Shown: positions 39,002-49,171 of the stretch, piece by piece | Numbering within the stretch: the first letter of the stretch is position 1 | Layout: each line of letters begins with the position of its first letter | Source: Candidatus Eiseniibacteriota bacterium | GTDB lineage: Bacteria; Eisenbacteria; RBG-16-71-46; CAIMUX01; VGJL01 | Assembly (NCBI GenBank): GCA_041946735.1 | Contig: JBHGAY010000024.1 | Location: 6,114-70,113 of the forward strand | DNA: 64,000 nucleotides | Direction of reading: 5' to 3' | Notes under the pieces: generated by a model | The model's input: the letters and a program-made list of their open reading frames with translations, nothing else | The model's database searches: none | What the model was told of the DNA's origin: nothing | Program-made: the position numbers and the translations under genes

Positions 39002-39693
39002 GTTGCGCCTCCTCTTCCTTCGCCTCGCGCGCGATCGTCCGCGACACGGCGTCCGATCGGCGCCGCCGCGCCGCCGGCGTTCACGCGCCGGCCGAGCGCC
39101 GCGGCCTCGTGCTTCGCCCCGTCTTCGAGCGCCGCGCGGAGTTTCCGGCGCGCTCGCTGCAAGATCCCTCGCGCTCCCGACGCGGTGTCGATCGCGAGCA
39201 ATCGGGTGATCTCCTCGACCGGCAGCCCCTCGTAGCACCGCAGCCAGATCGCCTCGCGTTCGAGCGGATCGAGGTGCCGCCGAACGAGCGCCAGCACCGA
39301 CTCCTCGTCGAGCCTCTTCTCGAGCGTTTCGCTCGGATCGGGCGCCGGATCGGCCACGCGCTCGATCCCTTCTTCGTCCTCGTCGAACAGCGGCGAGGGC
39401 CGCCGCACGACGCTCAGGCAATGGTTGCGCGCGATCACGAAGAGCCAGGTCGCGAAGCAGCTGCGCCCTTCGTAGCCGGCGATCCCGCGGTACGCCTTCA
39501 ACAGCGAGTCCTGAGCCAGGTCGAGCGCCTGCTCGTGGTCCCGCACGATCCGGTAGCACCAGAGGTAGACACGCTCCCGGTAGCGCTCGAGGAGGACCGA
39601 GGCGGCCCGCCTCGCCTCCTCGCCCGCACGATCCTCGCGAGCGATGCAGACCAGCTCGGAGTCGTCGAGCAGCGCCAGATCTCGTTCGGTCAC
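38998..39693 (-). CDS. ECF-family RNA polymerase sigma factor
   Basis: C-terminal 231 aa of a 1273-aa track ORF: sigma-70 region 2 (LLERYRERVYLWCYRIVRDHEQALDLAQDSLLKAY) and region 4 (LDPLEREAIWLRCYEGLPVEEITRLLAIDTASGARGILQRARRKL). The start is placed at a GTG overlapping the upstream gene's TGA. Confidence 0.6.
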   Translation of the reverse strand: MTERDLALLDDSELVCIAREDRAGEEARRAASVLLERYRERVYLWCYRIVRDHEQALDLAQDSLLKAYRGIAGYEGRSCFATWLFVIARNHCLSVVRRPSPLFDEDEEGIERVADPAPDPSETLEKRLDEESVLALVRRHLDPLEREAIWLRCYEGLPVEEITRLLAIDTASGARGILQRARRKLRAALEDGAKHEAAALGRRVNAGGAAAPIGRRVADDRARGEGRGGAT

Positions 39694-42668
39694 CCCATGG
39701 GACGCTCGCTTTCTGAATCCGTCACGCGAACCGTTGCCTCCGGTCCAGGCGGCAGCGTCCGGCCCGCCGCCTCCGGCCGCTCCCCCGCCGCCGAGAATGA
39801 GCGCAACACGATGCCCAGCAGCACGAAGGCGGCGCCGCCGGCGAGGGCGAGCCGGCCCCAGGGCACAGGCCGGGCCGGTTGGATCGGGATCCGAAGGGAG
39901 CCGTCCCCCAGCACGACGAAGCCCGCCCAGAAGAACGGGTGGCGGGTGCGCGGGTCCTCGCGGATCGCCTCGCGCGCGCGCATCAGCGCGCCCGAAACCG
40001 TCGCCCCGCCGGCGAGCTCGTCGTAGAAGCATGCGGCGAAGCGTTGCGCCGCTTCGTCCTCGACCGGCCACAGGGTGGCGGCGACCGAGGAGGCGCCCGA
40101 GCAGAGGAGCGCAGTCGACAACCCCTGCATCCCCTCGCCCGAGACGATCGCCCCTCGCGCCGTGCGGCAGCACGACAGGACGGCCAGGCGTGCCGGAATG
40201 CGGGACGCGGCGATCGCCTTCGCGTGCAGCGGCCGCGCGCCGAGCGCGATCTCCGAGAGCCACGGGCGCCCGTCCTGTCCAAGCGCGTGCGCGGCGAAGT
40301 GGACGACGAGGCGCGGGGCGGCGAGATCGGCGAGGCCGAGCGTGTCGCGCGGCCCGAGGACTCGCAGATCGACCCCGCGATAGGCGCGCGCGATCCGCTT
40401 CGCCTCGCGCGCTGCGCCGGGCAGGCCGATCGTCCCTGCTTGGGGCGCGGCGACCGCCAGGATCGGTCTCGCGAGGAGCGCTTCCGCGCTGGCCGCGCTC
40501 GCGTCCGCGCCGGCCGCGCCCGCTTCCGCCGCCCGGGCTCCGGCCAGGATCGCGGGCGAGGCGATCCTCGTCCACTCGCGGTCCCGGCCGTCCCCTGCGG
40601 CATCGAACGACTCGAACGGGGCGAGGTGGGCGACGCCGTCTGCGGCGACGAGGATCCGATCGCTCTTCGCCACCCAGTCCCCCAGATCGGGGAGGAGCGC
40701 GCGGCAGAGCGCGGCGGCCGCCATCCGGCATTCGCGCACCCCGGCGCCTCGCGCGGAGTCCGGGCTCGCGAAGAGGTCGAGGACGAGCCGCACGCCCGGC
40801 TCGATCTCCCCTTCGGGAGGAAGCGAGCGGACGCAGCAGGAATCGCGCGTGAACGCGAAGAGCCAGCTCGCCCGGCCGCCGAGATGGTAGTCGAGGAGCA
40901 GCTCGCCGGGCTCGAGCGGCGGCAGGAGCGCCGACGCGGCCGCGCTGCGCGGCAACGCCGTCGCCGGCCCCGCGATCCGCTCGAGGAGCGTTCGCGCCTT
41001 GAAGACGGCGACCCGCTCGTACGCGGCGCGCACCGCGCTCGGTCCCGCCGCCTTCTCCGGATCGGCGCCGAGGAGAAGACCGGCCAGGCTCGTCGCGATG
41101 CTCCGTCCCGCGGCGCTGCGCTGTTCGCGCCACTCGGGATCGAGCGGCAGCCCGCGCTGCGCCTCCCAGACGCGAGCCGCGGCTTCGAGCGACGCGCGCG
41201 CGCTGTCCGGCCGCCCGAGATCGACGAACGCGCGCGCCAGCGCGAGGAGCGTCTCGAGCCGGACCGCATCGAGGCCCGGTCTGGCCGAGAGCCCAGCAGC
41301 GAGGCGCAGGGGCGCCAGCGCCTCCGCGGGCCGTCCCTCCTCGACACGCAGCTCGCCGAGCCGCGCTGCGAGCCTTCCTCTCTCCTCGGGACCGTCGATC
41401 TCCGCGCGCGCGAGCGCCCCTTCGAGGATTGCGATCGCCTCGGCCCTCTCCTGCGCGCTCTCGCACGTGCGGGCGAAGGCGGCGAGCGCCGCCGCCCGCG
41501 TCGCCGCCGGGGCCGGCGGATCCGCCGCGAGAATCTGACGGAAGATGCGGCGCGCCTCGCGCGTCCGGCCCTGCGACGCCCGTGTCTGCCCGAGCTGCCG
41601 TAACAGCTTCGCCCGCAGATCGCCGTATCCCTCCCGCTCGCAGATCGCGAGCATCGCCTCGAGCGAATCGCATGCCTGCTCCGGATCCCCGAGCTCCGCG
41701 GCGCAGAGGGCGAGATTCATCCCTGGGACGATCGACTCCCGCATCTCTCCGTAATCCCGATAGCTCGCCAGAGCCTCGTCGAACGCGGTCGCCGCTTTCG
41801 CCGGATCTCCGAGCCGGTACTCGAGAGTGCCGAGATTGTTGCGGGCGAGGCACGTCACCATCGGATACCGGCAGGAATCGGCGAGGACCGCCGCTCGCGC
41901 GAACTCCTCGCGCGACCGCTCGTAGGCGCCCGTTCTCCCGAGAGCCACGCCGCGCGAGTTCCGAGCCCACGCCTCGCCGCGCCGCTCCCCTCCTGCCCGG
42001 AAGAGCGCGATCGCGCGATCGAGCGTCGACGCCGCCTCCACCGCGCTGCCTCGCACGACCTGGTCCCACCCGATGCCGACGAGCGCCCAACCTTCCTGGA
42101 CGCGATCCCCGCGAAGGCGCGCGAGGACAGCAAGCGAGTCGTAGAGCGCGCGCGCCTCCTCGGTCCGTCCCTGATTGGCGACGGCGACCGAGAGCCAGCG
42201 GATCGCGACGCAGGCGGAGGCGGAATCGCCGCGTGCGCGCGCGATCGCGAGGCAACGACGGAGGATCGTCTCGCCTTCGCGCGCCGCGCCGATCGATGCG
42301 CGCAGCTCCCCCTCGCGGAGCCCGAGCCACAGCATCCGTCCCGAGTCGCCCTGCGCTTCGGCCTGCTCGCGCAGGCGCTCGATCGCGGGGAGCGCGGAGT
42401 CGGGCCGTCCGGCGAGACGGAGGCGCTCGACCCTCGCGAGATCCGGCGCGAGAGGGGTCGCAGGAGGGAGGAGCGGGCGCGGGCGCGACAACGCGCGCGA
42501 AGCCAGCGACGGCGCAGGCACCGCGGCGCAGGCGGCCCCGAAGGCGCCCGCGCAGGCGGCGGCGAACACGAGCGCGAGCGCGCAGGCGCCGCGGCGCAGC
42601 CGCAACGCTCGCTCGCCCTTCGCGATCGACCGCAGGGATCGCATGGCCGGTCGGCCGTCCAACGCCAA
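39690..42668 (-). CDS. TPR-repeat protein with C-terminal CHAT (caspase-like) domain and C-terminal TM anchor
   Basis: Signal peptide, about 500 aa of TPR-like repeats, then a CHAT domain: VVHFAAHA...LAVLSCCRTARG (His/Cys dyad), then the hydrophobic segment LALAGGAAFVLLGIVL. Confidence 0.7.
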   Translation of the reverse strand: MALDGRPAMRSLRSIAKGERALRLRRGACALALVFAAACAGAFGAACAAVPAPSLASRALSRPRPLLPPATPLAPDLARVERLRLAGRPDSALPAIERLREQAEAQGDSGRMLWLGLREGELRASIGAAREGETILRRCLAIARARGDSASACVAIRWLSVAVANQGRTEEARALYDSLAVLARLRGDRVQEGWALVGIGWDQVVRGSAVEAASTLDRAIALFRAGGERRGEAWARNSRGVALGRTGAYERSREEFARAAVLADSCRYPMVTCLARNNLGTLEYRLGDPAKAATAFDEALASYRDYGEMRESIVPGMNLALCAAELGDPEQACDSLEAMLAICEREGYGDLRAKLLRQLGQTRASQGRTREARRIFRQILAADPPAPAATRAAALAAFARTCESAQERAEAIAILEGALARAEIDGPEERGRLAARLGELRVEEGRPAEALAPLRLAAGLSARPGLDAVRLETLLALARAFVDLGRPDSARASLEAAARVWEAQRGLPLDPEWREQRSAAGRSIATSLAGLLLGADPEKAAGPSAVRAAYERVAVFKARTLLERIAGPATALPRSAAASALLPPLEPGELLLDYHLGGRASWLFAFTRDSCCVRSLPPEGEIEPGVRLVLDLFASPDSARGAGVRECRMAAAALCRALLPDLGDWVAKSDRILVAADGVAHLAPFESFDAAGDGRDREWTRIASPAILAGARAAEAGAAGADASAASAEALLARPILAVAAPQAGTIGLPGAAREAKRIARAYRGVDLRVLGPRDTLGLADLAAPRLVVHFAAHALGQDGRPWLSEIALGARPLHAKAIAASRIPARLAVLSCCRTARGAIVSGEGMQGLSTALLCSGASSVAATLWPVEDEAAQRFAACFYDELAGGATVSGALMRAREAIREDPRTRHPFFWAGFVVLGDGSLRIPIQPARPVPWGRLALAGGAAFVLLGIVLRSFSAAGERPEAAGRTLPPGPEATVRVTDSESERPMG

Positions 42669-42829
42669 AGGCCCCTCCGCGGCACGAGTGAAAACCGCGT
42701 GAACCAGTGTACGCCGGTCGGATGATTGCGCCAGCCCTCTTCCCCCGCGTCGAACTGCCTCGCCGCCGCGCCGCTGTTCCCCGGCCGCCCCGCGTCTGGT
42801 AGCTTGTCCGGTCCCCCAAGGAGGAACCG

Positions 42830-44623
42830 ATGCACGAACGGCCTGTCCTGATGGTCGTCGACGACGACAGCGAGAGTCTGCACCGCCTCTACGAGGCGCT
42901 CGACCGGCGGCTCCACGCCGACTACCGGGTCTCCGCCCACACCTCCGCAGCCGAAGCGGTCGCCGAGCTGCGCCGCATCAAGGAGCTTGGACATGCGGTC
43001 GCGCTCGTGATCGCCGATCAGTGGATGCCGGAGATGACCGGAATCGACCTGCTCGGCGAAGCGCATCTGCTCCATCCTTCGGCGCAGCGGGCGCTGCTCG
43101 TCGATTGGGGGGATCGCACCGCGTCGCCGACCATCCTGCAGGGATGCGCGCTGGGCAAGCTGGAGAACTACATCACGAAGCCCTGGTCGCCCCCCGAGGT
43201 GCACCTCTATCCGCTCGTGGACCAGTTCCTCGCCGACTGGACGCGCGCACACCGCCCACAGATGGAGCTGGTCCGGATCGTCACCGGCCATCCCTCTCCA
43301 CGCGGCCACGAAATTCGCGACCTTCTCGTGCGAAGCGGGATCCCGCACGGCTACCACCTCGTTGACTCGGAGACCGGCCATCGACTTCTCGAGCAGACCG
43401 GGCAGGACGGCTCGCGCCTCCCGCTCGTGATCCTGCTCGACGGCCACACGCTGGTCGATCCGACGAACGAGGAGATCTACGACGCGCTGGGCGCCTCGAA
43501 CATGGAGGATCGCTTCTGCGACCTGCTCGTGATCGGCGGCGGCCCGGCCGGACTCGCCGCGGCCGTTTACGGAGCGTCCGAGGGCTTGTCGACCCTCGTG
43601 GTCGAGCGCGAGGCGATCGGAGGGCAGGCGTCGACGGCCGCGCTCATCCGCAACTACCTCGGCTTCCCCGCCGGAATCAGCGGCGCCGATCTCGCGCAGC
43701 GCGCCTACAACCAGGCGTGGCTCTTCGGCGCGAAGTTCGTCTTCGCGAGAGGCGCCGTCTCGCTTCACGCGAAGGGGACGAAGAGGATCGTGACGCTTTC
43801 CGACGGCACGGAGATCACCGCCCGCGCGGTCCTGATCGCGACCGGCGCCTCCTATCGCCGGCTGAACATTCCGAGCGTCGACCGGTTCTCGGGCGCCGGC
43901 GTCTTCTACATCATCCCCTCCCGGGTCTCGCTCTTCCGCGGGCAGAACATCTACATCGCCGGCGGTGGCAACTCGGCCGGCCAGGCGGTCGTGCATCTCG
44001 CCAAGCAGGCGGACCACGTGACCTTGCTCGTGCGGGGAGACTCGCTCGAGAAGGGGATGTCCGACTATCTCGTCCAGCAGATCCGGCAGACGCCGAACGT
44101 CACGGTGCGGCTGCGGACGGAAGTGATCGGCGGCGAGGGGAACGAGACGCTCGAGCGGATCGTCCTGAGGGACCATGCGGCCGGAAAGGACGAGACGCTC
44201 GGGCTCGACGTCCTCTACGTGCTGATCGGCGCTCTCCCTCACACCGACTGGCTCGGCGCGGCGGTGCAACGCGACCGCAATGGCTTCGTCCGTACGGGCC
44301 GCGAGGTCGACACAGGCCGCGCGGCCGGCTGGCCGGCGGGGACCTGGCCGTCGAGGTTCGCCACGAGCCTTCCGGGCGTCTACGCGGTCGGCGACGTCCG
44401 GCTCGGTTCGGTCAAGCGAGTGGCTTCCGCGGTGGGCGAGGGGTCGGTCGCCGTCCAGTACATCCACGACTACCTGGACGATCCCATTTCCCTGGAGGAT
44501 GCCGGTTCGATCCTTGCCGGCGATACGGCGCGGATCGAGGGTCTCCCGACTCCGGAGCGCGTCTCGGTGGAGGCTGCAACGGCGGCGGCGAAGATGGAGG
44601 AACTGCCCCCCGGCCGGGTGTAG
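42830..44623 (+). CDS. response-regulator receiver domain fused to a thioredoxin-reductase-like FAD/NAD(P) flavoprotein lacking the CxxC redox centre
   Basis: REC: VLMVVDDDSESL...VIADQWMPEMTGIDLL...ITKPW. Flavoprotein: LLVIGGGPAGLAAAVYGASEG...IYIAGGGNSAGQAV...GVYAVGDV. At the position of the TrxR CATC motif the sequence is FYIIPSRVS, with no cysteines. Confidence 0.7.
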   Translation: MHERPVLMVVDDDSESLHRLYEALDRRLHADYRVSAHTSAAEAVAELRRIKELGHAVALVIADQWMPEMTGIDLLGEAHLLHPSAQRALLVDWGDRTASPTILQGCALGKLENYITKPWSPPEVHLYPLVDQFLADWTRAHRPQMELVRIVTGHPSPRGHEIRDLLVRSGIPHGYHLVDSETGHRLLEQTGQDGSRLPLVILLDGHTLVDPTNEEIYDALGASNMEDRFCDLLVIGGGPAGLAAAVYGASEGLSTLVVEREAIGGQASTAALIRNYLGFPAGISGADLAQRAYNQAWLFGAKFVFARGAVSLHAKGTKRIVTLSDGTEITARAVLIATGASYRRLNIPSVDRFSGAGVFYIIPSRVSLFRGQNIYIAGGGNSAGQAVVHLAKQADHVTLLVRGDSLEKGMSDYLVQQIRQTPNVTVRLRTEVIGGEGNETLERIVLRDHAAGKDETLGLDVLYVLIGALPHTDWLGAAVQRDRNGFVRTGREVDTGRAAGWPAGTWPSRFATSLPGVYAVGDVRLGSVKRVASAVGEGSVAVQYIHDYLDDPISLEDAGSILAGDTARIEGLPTPERVSVEAATAAAKMEELPPGRV

Positions 44624-44634
44624 ACTGGGCGCCA

Positions 44635-45267
44635 ATGAGCGCCCCGCTGCGACCGGAGAGTTGCCCGTGCGTGCCCACGCGCGAAAAGGGTACTCGACAC
44701 ACCCTACACGCTTTCGCGCTTCTCGGGTTCGTCGTTGTGCTCGTGCTCGCGGGCACGCCGGGCTGCTACACGCAGATCGCTCCGTCCCTGACGATTCCCC
44801 CGCCGGTCGCGGAGTCCCCTCCGGATCGGATCACCGAGGAGCAGGAGGCGGACGGAGACGGTATCGTCACCCGCTCGATCGGTCCGCTCGGCTTCACGCT
44901 TTCCGTGCAGCCGACGCGCTTCCGCGCCGGCGACCCCGTCGTCATCGAGATCACGCTCGACAACTCGAGCCCGACCTTCCCCTATGAGCGCACCTTCCCG
45001 AGCGGCTGCAACGTGGCGTTCGAGGTGCGCGACGAGGGAGGGAGGCTGATCGGGCCGTACCGTGTCTGCGACAACTACGGGAGCGAGATCGTCCTCGCCC
45101 CCGCCGAGCGCCGGATCTACCGCTACGAATACTATGGCGGCGAGCAGGGATACTTCGGCGGCGAGGGCGAGCTCGAGCCGGGCCGCTACTGGGTCACGGC
45201 CGGCTTCGTCAGCGGGTCGAGCCTGATGCCCACCGTTCCGCCCGTCGCAATCGAACTGCTGCCCTAG
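44635..45267 (+). CDS. hypothetical lipoprotein (210 aa)
   Basis: Lipobox LVLAGTPGC after a hydrophobic signal, then a beta-rich domain. No family recognised. Confidence 0.45.
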   Translation: MSAPLRPESCPCVPTREKGTRHTLHAFALLGFVVVLVLAGTPGCYTQIAPSLTIPPPVAESPPDRITEEQEADGDGIVTRSIGPLGFTLSVQPTRFRAGDPVVIEITLDNSSPTFPYERTFPSGCNVAFEVRDEGGRLIGPYRVCDNYGSEIVLAPAERRIYRYEYYGGEQGYFGGEGELEPGRYWVTAGFVSGSSLMPTVPPVAIELLP

Positions 45268-45317
45268 CTTCCGGCCCTAGCTTCCGCTCGGGCAGATTGC
45301 CCGGCTGTCCCGCCTGA

Positions 45318-45755
45318 TCAGGACGAACGATCCCGCCCGACCGCGCCAGCCCGTAGCAGCCCGATCCCGAGCAGCAGCACGGACGCCGCAAGCACGACGC
45401 CGCCCGCGTACGTGAAGCCGATCATCCCGCTCGGCGACGTCGCGTCCGGCGTGAGAACGGAGAGGAAGAATCCGAGCGGCATCAGGATCGCCGCGATCGG
45501 GATACCGTGACGTGCTACCCAGAGCCACGGGCGGCCGAGCCGCGCATGATCCACATAGCGAAGCGCGACCAGGCTCAGAACGAGTAGCACGCCGGCGTGC
45601 GCGTGCCCGGCGCGCCAGAGGTCCTGGCGAAGCGGGTTGGCCTGGTACGCCGGATCACGAATCAGAAGCGTCAGAAGGCTCGCGCCGCCGAACATGACGG
45701 TCGGCAGCACGACCAGGAGGATTCCCGCAAGGCGCCTCGACTCCCAGCTCATCGA
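45318..45755 (-). CDS. hypothetical 4-TM membrane protein
   Basis: From Met17: four hydrophobic helices (LAGILLVVLPTVMFGG...). No family recognised. Confidence 0.35.
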   Translation of the reverse strand, partial: SMSWESRRLAGILLVVLPTVMFGGASLLTLLIRDPAYQANPLRQDLWRAGHAHAGVLLVLSLVALRYVDHARLGRPWLWVARHGIPIAAILMPLGFFLSVLTPDATSPSGMIGFTYAGGVVLAASVLLLGIGLLRAGAVGRDRSS

Positions 45756-45863
45756 CGGCCCTCGCTCCGCGGCCGGCGGCGTAACGGGCGGTCGTCGTCC
45801 CATCGTCGTCGTCCTCCATCACGGCCAATCCGGATCCCGTGGTCTCCGCTGCTCGCGCACCGC

Positions 45864-46721
45864 TCAGCCGGTCGGCAGCGAGCGCGGCTTCTTCCCGCGC
45901 GGAAACGCGCGATCGATCTCCGCGATCTCCTCGGGCGACAGAACGAGATCTCCGGCGGTTGCGTTCTCCTCGACGTGCGCGGCGTTCGCCGACATCGGGA
46001 TCGTGAAGAGCGGCTCCTCACGGACGAGGAAAGCCAGCGCGACCGCCGCCGGCGTCACGCCGTGCGCCTCGCCGATCCGTCGCAGCACCCCGGCCGAAGC
46101 GCCGTCCTTCTCACCCTTCGCGCCCAGGGCGTGCCGCGCGCCGAGCGGCGTGTACCCGACGACGGCGATCCCGAGCGCGCGGCAGGCCGGGAGCAGTTCG
46201 TGCTCGATCCCGCGCTGCTCGAGATTGTACAAAACCTGATTGCACGCGATCCTGCCCGGCCCGGCGATCGCCACCGCCTCCTGCACGTCCCGCGCATCGA
46301 AGTTCGACACGCCGTAGGAGAGGATCTTCCCCTCGTTCCGCAGCTCCTCGAAGGCGCCGAGCGTCTCGCGCAGCGGGACAGAGCTGGGCCAGTGCAGCAG
46401 GTAGCAGTCGAGCCGGTCGGTCCGCAGACGCCGCAGCGAGGCCTCGCACGCGCGGCGCACGCCGTCGCGCGTGGCATTCGACGGCAAGACCTTGCTCACC
46501 AGGAACACCTCGTCGCGCCGCCCCGGAATCGCCTCGGCGATCACCTCCTCGGCGCGGCCCGATCCGTACATCTCCGCGGTGTCGAGATGCGTCATGCCCA
46601 GGTCCAGGGCGCGACGGATCGCGCGGACCGCTTCTCCACGGTCCGCCTGCTCGATCCGCCAGGTTCCCTCCCCGATCAAGGGGACGGGGACGCCGGTCGG
46701 CCCGAAGGGTCGCTTGCGCAT
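45864..46721 (-). CDS. aldo/keto reductase family oxidoreductase
   Basis: C-terminal 285 aa of the track ORF: LGMTHLDTAEMYGSGRAEEVIAEAI, catalytic tetrad context LDCYLLHWP, and IPMSANAAHVEEN. Confidence 0.8.
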   Translation of the reverse strand: MRKRPFGPTGVPVPLIGEGTWRIEQADRGEAVRAIRRALDLGMTHLDTAEMYGSGRAEEVIAEAIPGRRDEVFLVSKVLPSNATRDGVRRACEASLRRLRTDRLDCYLLHWPSSVPLRETLGAFEELRNEGKILSYGVSNFDARDVQEAVAIAGPGRIACNQVLYNLEQRGIEHELLPACRALGIAVVGYTPLGARHALGAKGEKDGASAGVLRRIGEAHGVTPAAVALAFLVREEPLFTIPMSANAAHVEENATAGDLVLSPEEIAEIDRAFPRGKKPRSLPTG

Positions 46722-46919
46722 GCCCCGCCAGTCTACGAGGATCGGGCGGCCCGGCGTCAGCGTGCGAGCGTCGGGAGGTGGGCGGGCGAGGCGGCCGAAA
46801 GCCCGGGAACATTCGCTTGGCGGCCGCGCGCCCGACGGCGATACTGGCCCGTCGGCAATCCGCGCATTCGCGCGCTCCGGTCGAGCGAGCGCCGCTTCGC
46901 CGGAGAAAGGAGACGCGAC

Positions 46920-47513
46920 GTGACGAAACGGATCCTCCTCGCCGGCCTGGCCGGCGGCATCGTTCTCTTCGTCTGGAGCAGCTTCTCGCACATGGCCCTG
47001 CCCATCGGCGAGATGGGGCTGTCGACGCTCGGCCACGAGCAGCCGGTCCTCGATGCGCTGCGCGCGAACGTGGACGCCGACGGGCTCTACTTCTATCCGC
47101 AGATGCCGCCCGGCATGGCAGGACGGAAAGCGCAGGAGCAATGGGCGCAGAAGATCCGCTCGGGACCGTCGGGACTCCTGCTGATCCACGTCGCCGGGAG
47201 CGAGCCGATGACCCCCTGGCAGATCGTGATCGAGCTGCTGACGAATCTGATCGCCTGCATCCTCGTCGCGGCCCTCCTCTGGTGGCTGCACATTCGCCCG
47301 CTCTCGGCCGGGTTCGTCGGCGCATTGCTCGGCTTCCTCGGATGGCTGAACATCAGCGCGTCGTACTGGAACTGGTACGGCTTCCCGGCCGCCTTCGTGA
47401 TCGGCGAAGGAATCGACCAGATCATCGGGTGGTTCCTCGCGGGGCTCGTGATCTCCGCCGTGCTTTGGACCGGCGCCCGCCGCTTCGCGCGCCGGGCGAC
47501 CGTGGCCGCGTGA
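46920..47513 (+). CDS. hypothetical membrane protein (197 aa)
   Basis: GTG start after AAAGGAGA. Signal/TM helix ILLAGLAGGIVLFVWS and two further TM helices near the C-terminus. Confidence 0.4.
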   Translation: MTKRILLAGLAGGIVLFVWSSFSHMALPIGEMGLSTLGHEQPVLDALRANVDADGLYFYPQMPPGMAGRKAQEQWAQKIRSGPSGLLLIHVAGSEPMTPWQIVIELLTNLIACILVAALLWWLHIRPLSAGFVGALLGFLGWLNISASYWNWYGFPAAFVIGEGIDQIIGWFLAGLVISAVLWTGARRFARRATVAA

Positions 47514-47881
47514 GCCGGCCGGCCTCGCGGCGCGCGGCCTGAGCCGCCGCCGGTCGCTCGAGCCGGGACAATCAGCGCGGCGACACCGGCGAGATCCTCG
47601 CCGGCGCCGGACCCGCTCCGGCCGCGCCGCTCGGGCCGTGCCACCCGGGCCCCCGTCCCCCGCCGCCTGATTCCCGCCGCCTGATCCCCGCCTGCCCCGG
47701 CGCTCCCCCGCCTTTCGAGAGCCCGACCGTCCCCGCGTCGACCCGGCCGTCGTCCCTGCGTCGACCCGACCGCGCCGATCGGTGTACCATCGCCGCCCGA
47801 GGCGCCGGGCGTGGCCGCCTCCCCCGTTTCGCCCGGCATCGAAGGGCGGACGGCGGGCGGGAGGCGGCAGGAAGGGAAGGG

Positions 47882-49171
47882 ATGCGAAGACGAGGCCTCT
47901 GGATTCTCCTCGGCACGGTGCTGCTCGCTGCCGCGGTCGTTCTGCTCTCCGGATTCCCGCTGACCGGCAAGGTCAAGATCCCCACGGCGAAGGTGCGGAA
48001 GGGCGATTTCCTGATCTCCCTGAAGGCGACCGGCGAGGTCCAGGCCAAGCGGGCCTACACCGTCGTCGCCCCGCGCATCCGGAACATCCAGATCACCTGG
48101 ATGGCCCCGGAGGGGAGCATGGTCAAGGCCGGCGACGCGGTCATCCGCTTCGACTCCAGCCAGCAGCAGGCCGATCTGGCGGAGAACCAGTCGTCCCTCC
48201 AGATCAGCCAGACCGCGCTCCAGCGGCAGAAGACGGAGTACGAGATCCAACAGAAGGAGCTTTCGCTCGAGCTGCGTCGCGCCCAGCGAGCCTACGACGA
48301 GCAGAAGCACGAAGCGCCGAAGGTCGCCGAGGAGGCGCGGCTCGCGCTCGAGCTCGCCGAGCTGAACGCGAAGGCGAAGCTCGACCAGATCGAGGCCGAC
48401 ATCCGCAAGGCGGAGCTCGAGGTGCAGCGCGCCGAGGACAAGGTCGACCTCGCCCAGAAGGAGCTCGACCAGATGACGCTGACCGCCCCGATCCCGGGGA
48501 TGGTCGTCTATCTCGAGATCTGGAAGGGAAGCACCATGGGGAAGGTCCAGGAGGGCGACTCTCCCTGGCCGGGACAGGGATTGATCAACCTGCCCGACCT
48601 GGGCGAGATGATCGTCAACGCGACGGTCTCCGAGGTGGACGCGAGCCGCGTCGACGCCGGCCAGGAGGCTCTCGTCACGCTCGACGCCTTCCCTGACGTC
48701 CGCTTCCAGGGGAAGGTGACCCGCAAGGGAACGCTCGCGCGCCGCAAGGAGCCCGACTCGAAGATCAACGTCTTCGACGTCGAGATCGCGATCGACGACG
48801 TCGACGAGCGCCTGAAGCCCGGAATGTCCGCTTCCGCTCAGATCGTCGTCGACAAGATCCCCGACGTCGTCTCGGTCCCGCTCGAGGCGGTGTTCGAGTC
48901 GGCCGGCTCGCCGGTCGTCTACCTCGAGAATCGCAAGCCGCACACCGTCGCGGTCGGCCGCCGCAATGACATGGAGATCGAGATCACCTCGGGACTCGCC
49001 GGCGACGAGACGATCTGCCTCGTCGACCCGAAGATCGCGCGCCACGGCCTCCCCGGGGATCGCGCCACCGAGCCGGAGCTGAACCGCGGTCGGACCGCCC
49101 CGTCTCCCGCTCCCACAACGTCCGAGCCGGCCGCGGCCCCCGCGCGACGCGGCCGGGCGAAGTCCGGATGA
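47882..49171 (+). CDS. HlyD-family membrane fusion protein
   Basis: N-terminal TM helix, long coiled coil (Gln/Ala/Glu-rich), then LTAPIPGMVVYLEI and a beta-barrel domain. Confidence 0.75.
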   Translation: MRRRGLWILLGTVLLAAAVVLLSGFPLTGKVKIPTAKVRKGDFLISLKATGEVQAKRAYTVVAPRIRNIQITWMAPEGSMVKAGDAVIRFDSSQQQADLAENQSSLQISQTALQRQKTEYEIQQKELSLELRRAQRAYDEQKHEAPKVAEEARLALELAELNAKAKLDQIEADIRKAELEVQRAEDKVDLAQKELDQMTLTAPIPGMVVYLEIWKGSTMGKVQEGDSPWPGQGLINLPDLGEMIVNATVSEVDASRVDAGQEALVTLDAFPDVRFQGKVTRKGTLARRKEPDSKINVFDVEIAIDDVDERLKPGMSASAQIVVDKIPDVVSVPLEAVFESAGSPVVYLENRKPHTVAVGRRNDMEIEITSGLAGDETICLVDPKIARHGLPGDRATEPELNRGRTAPSPAPTTSEPAAAPARRGRAKSG

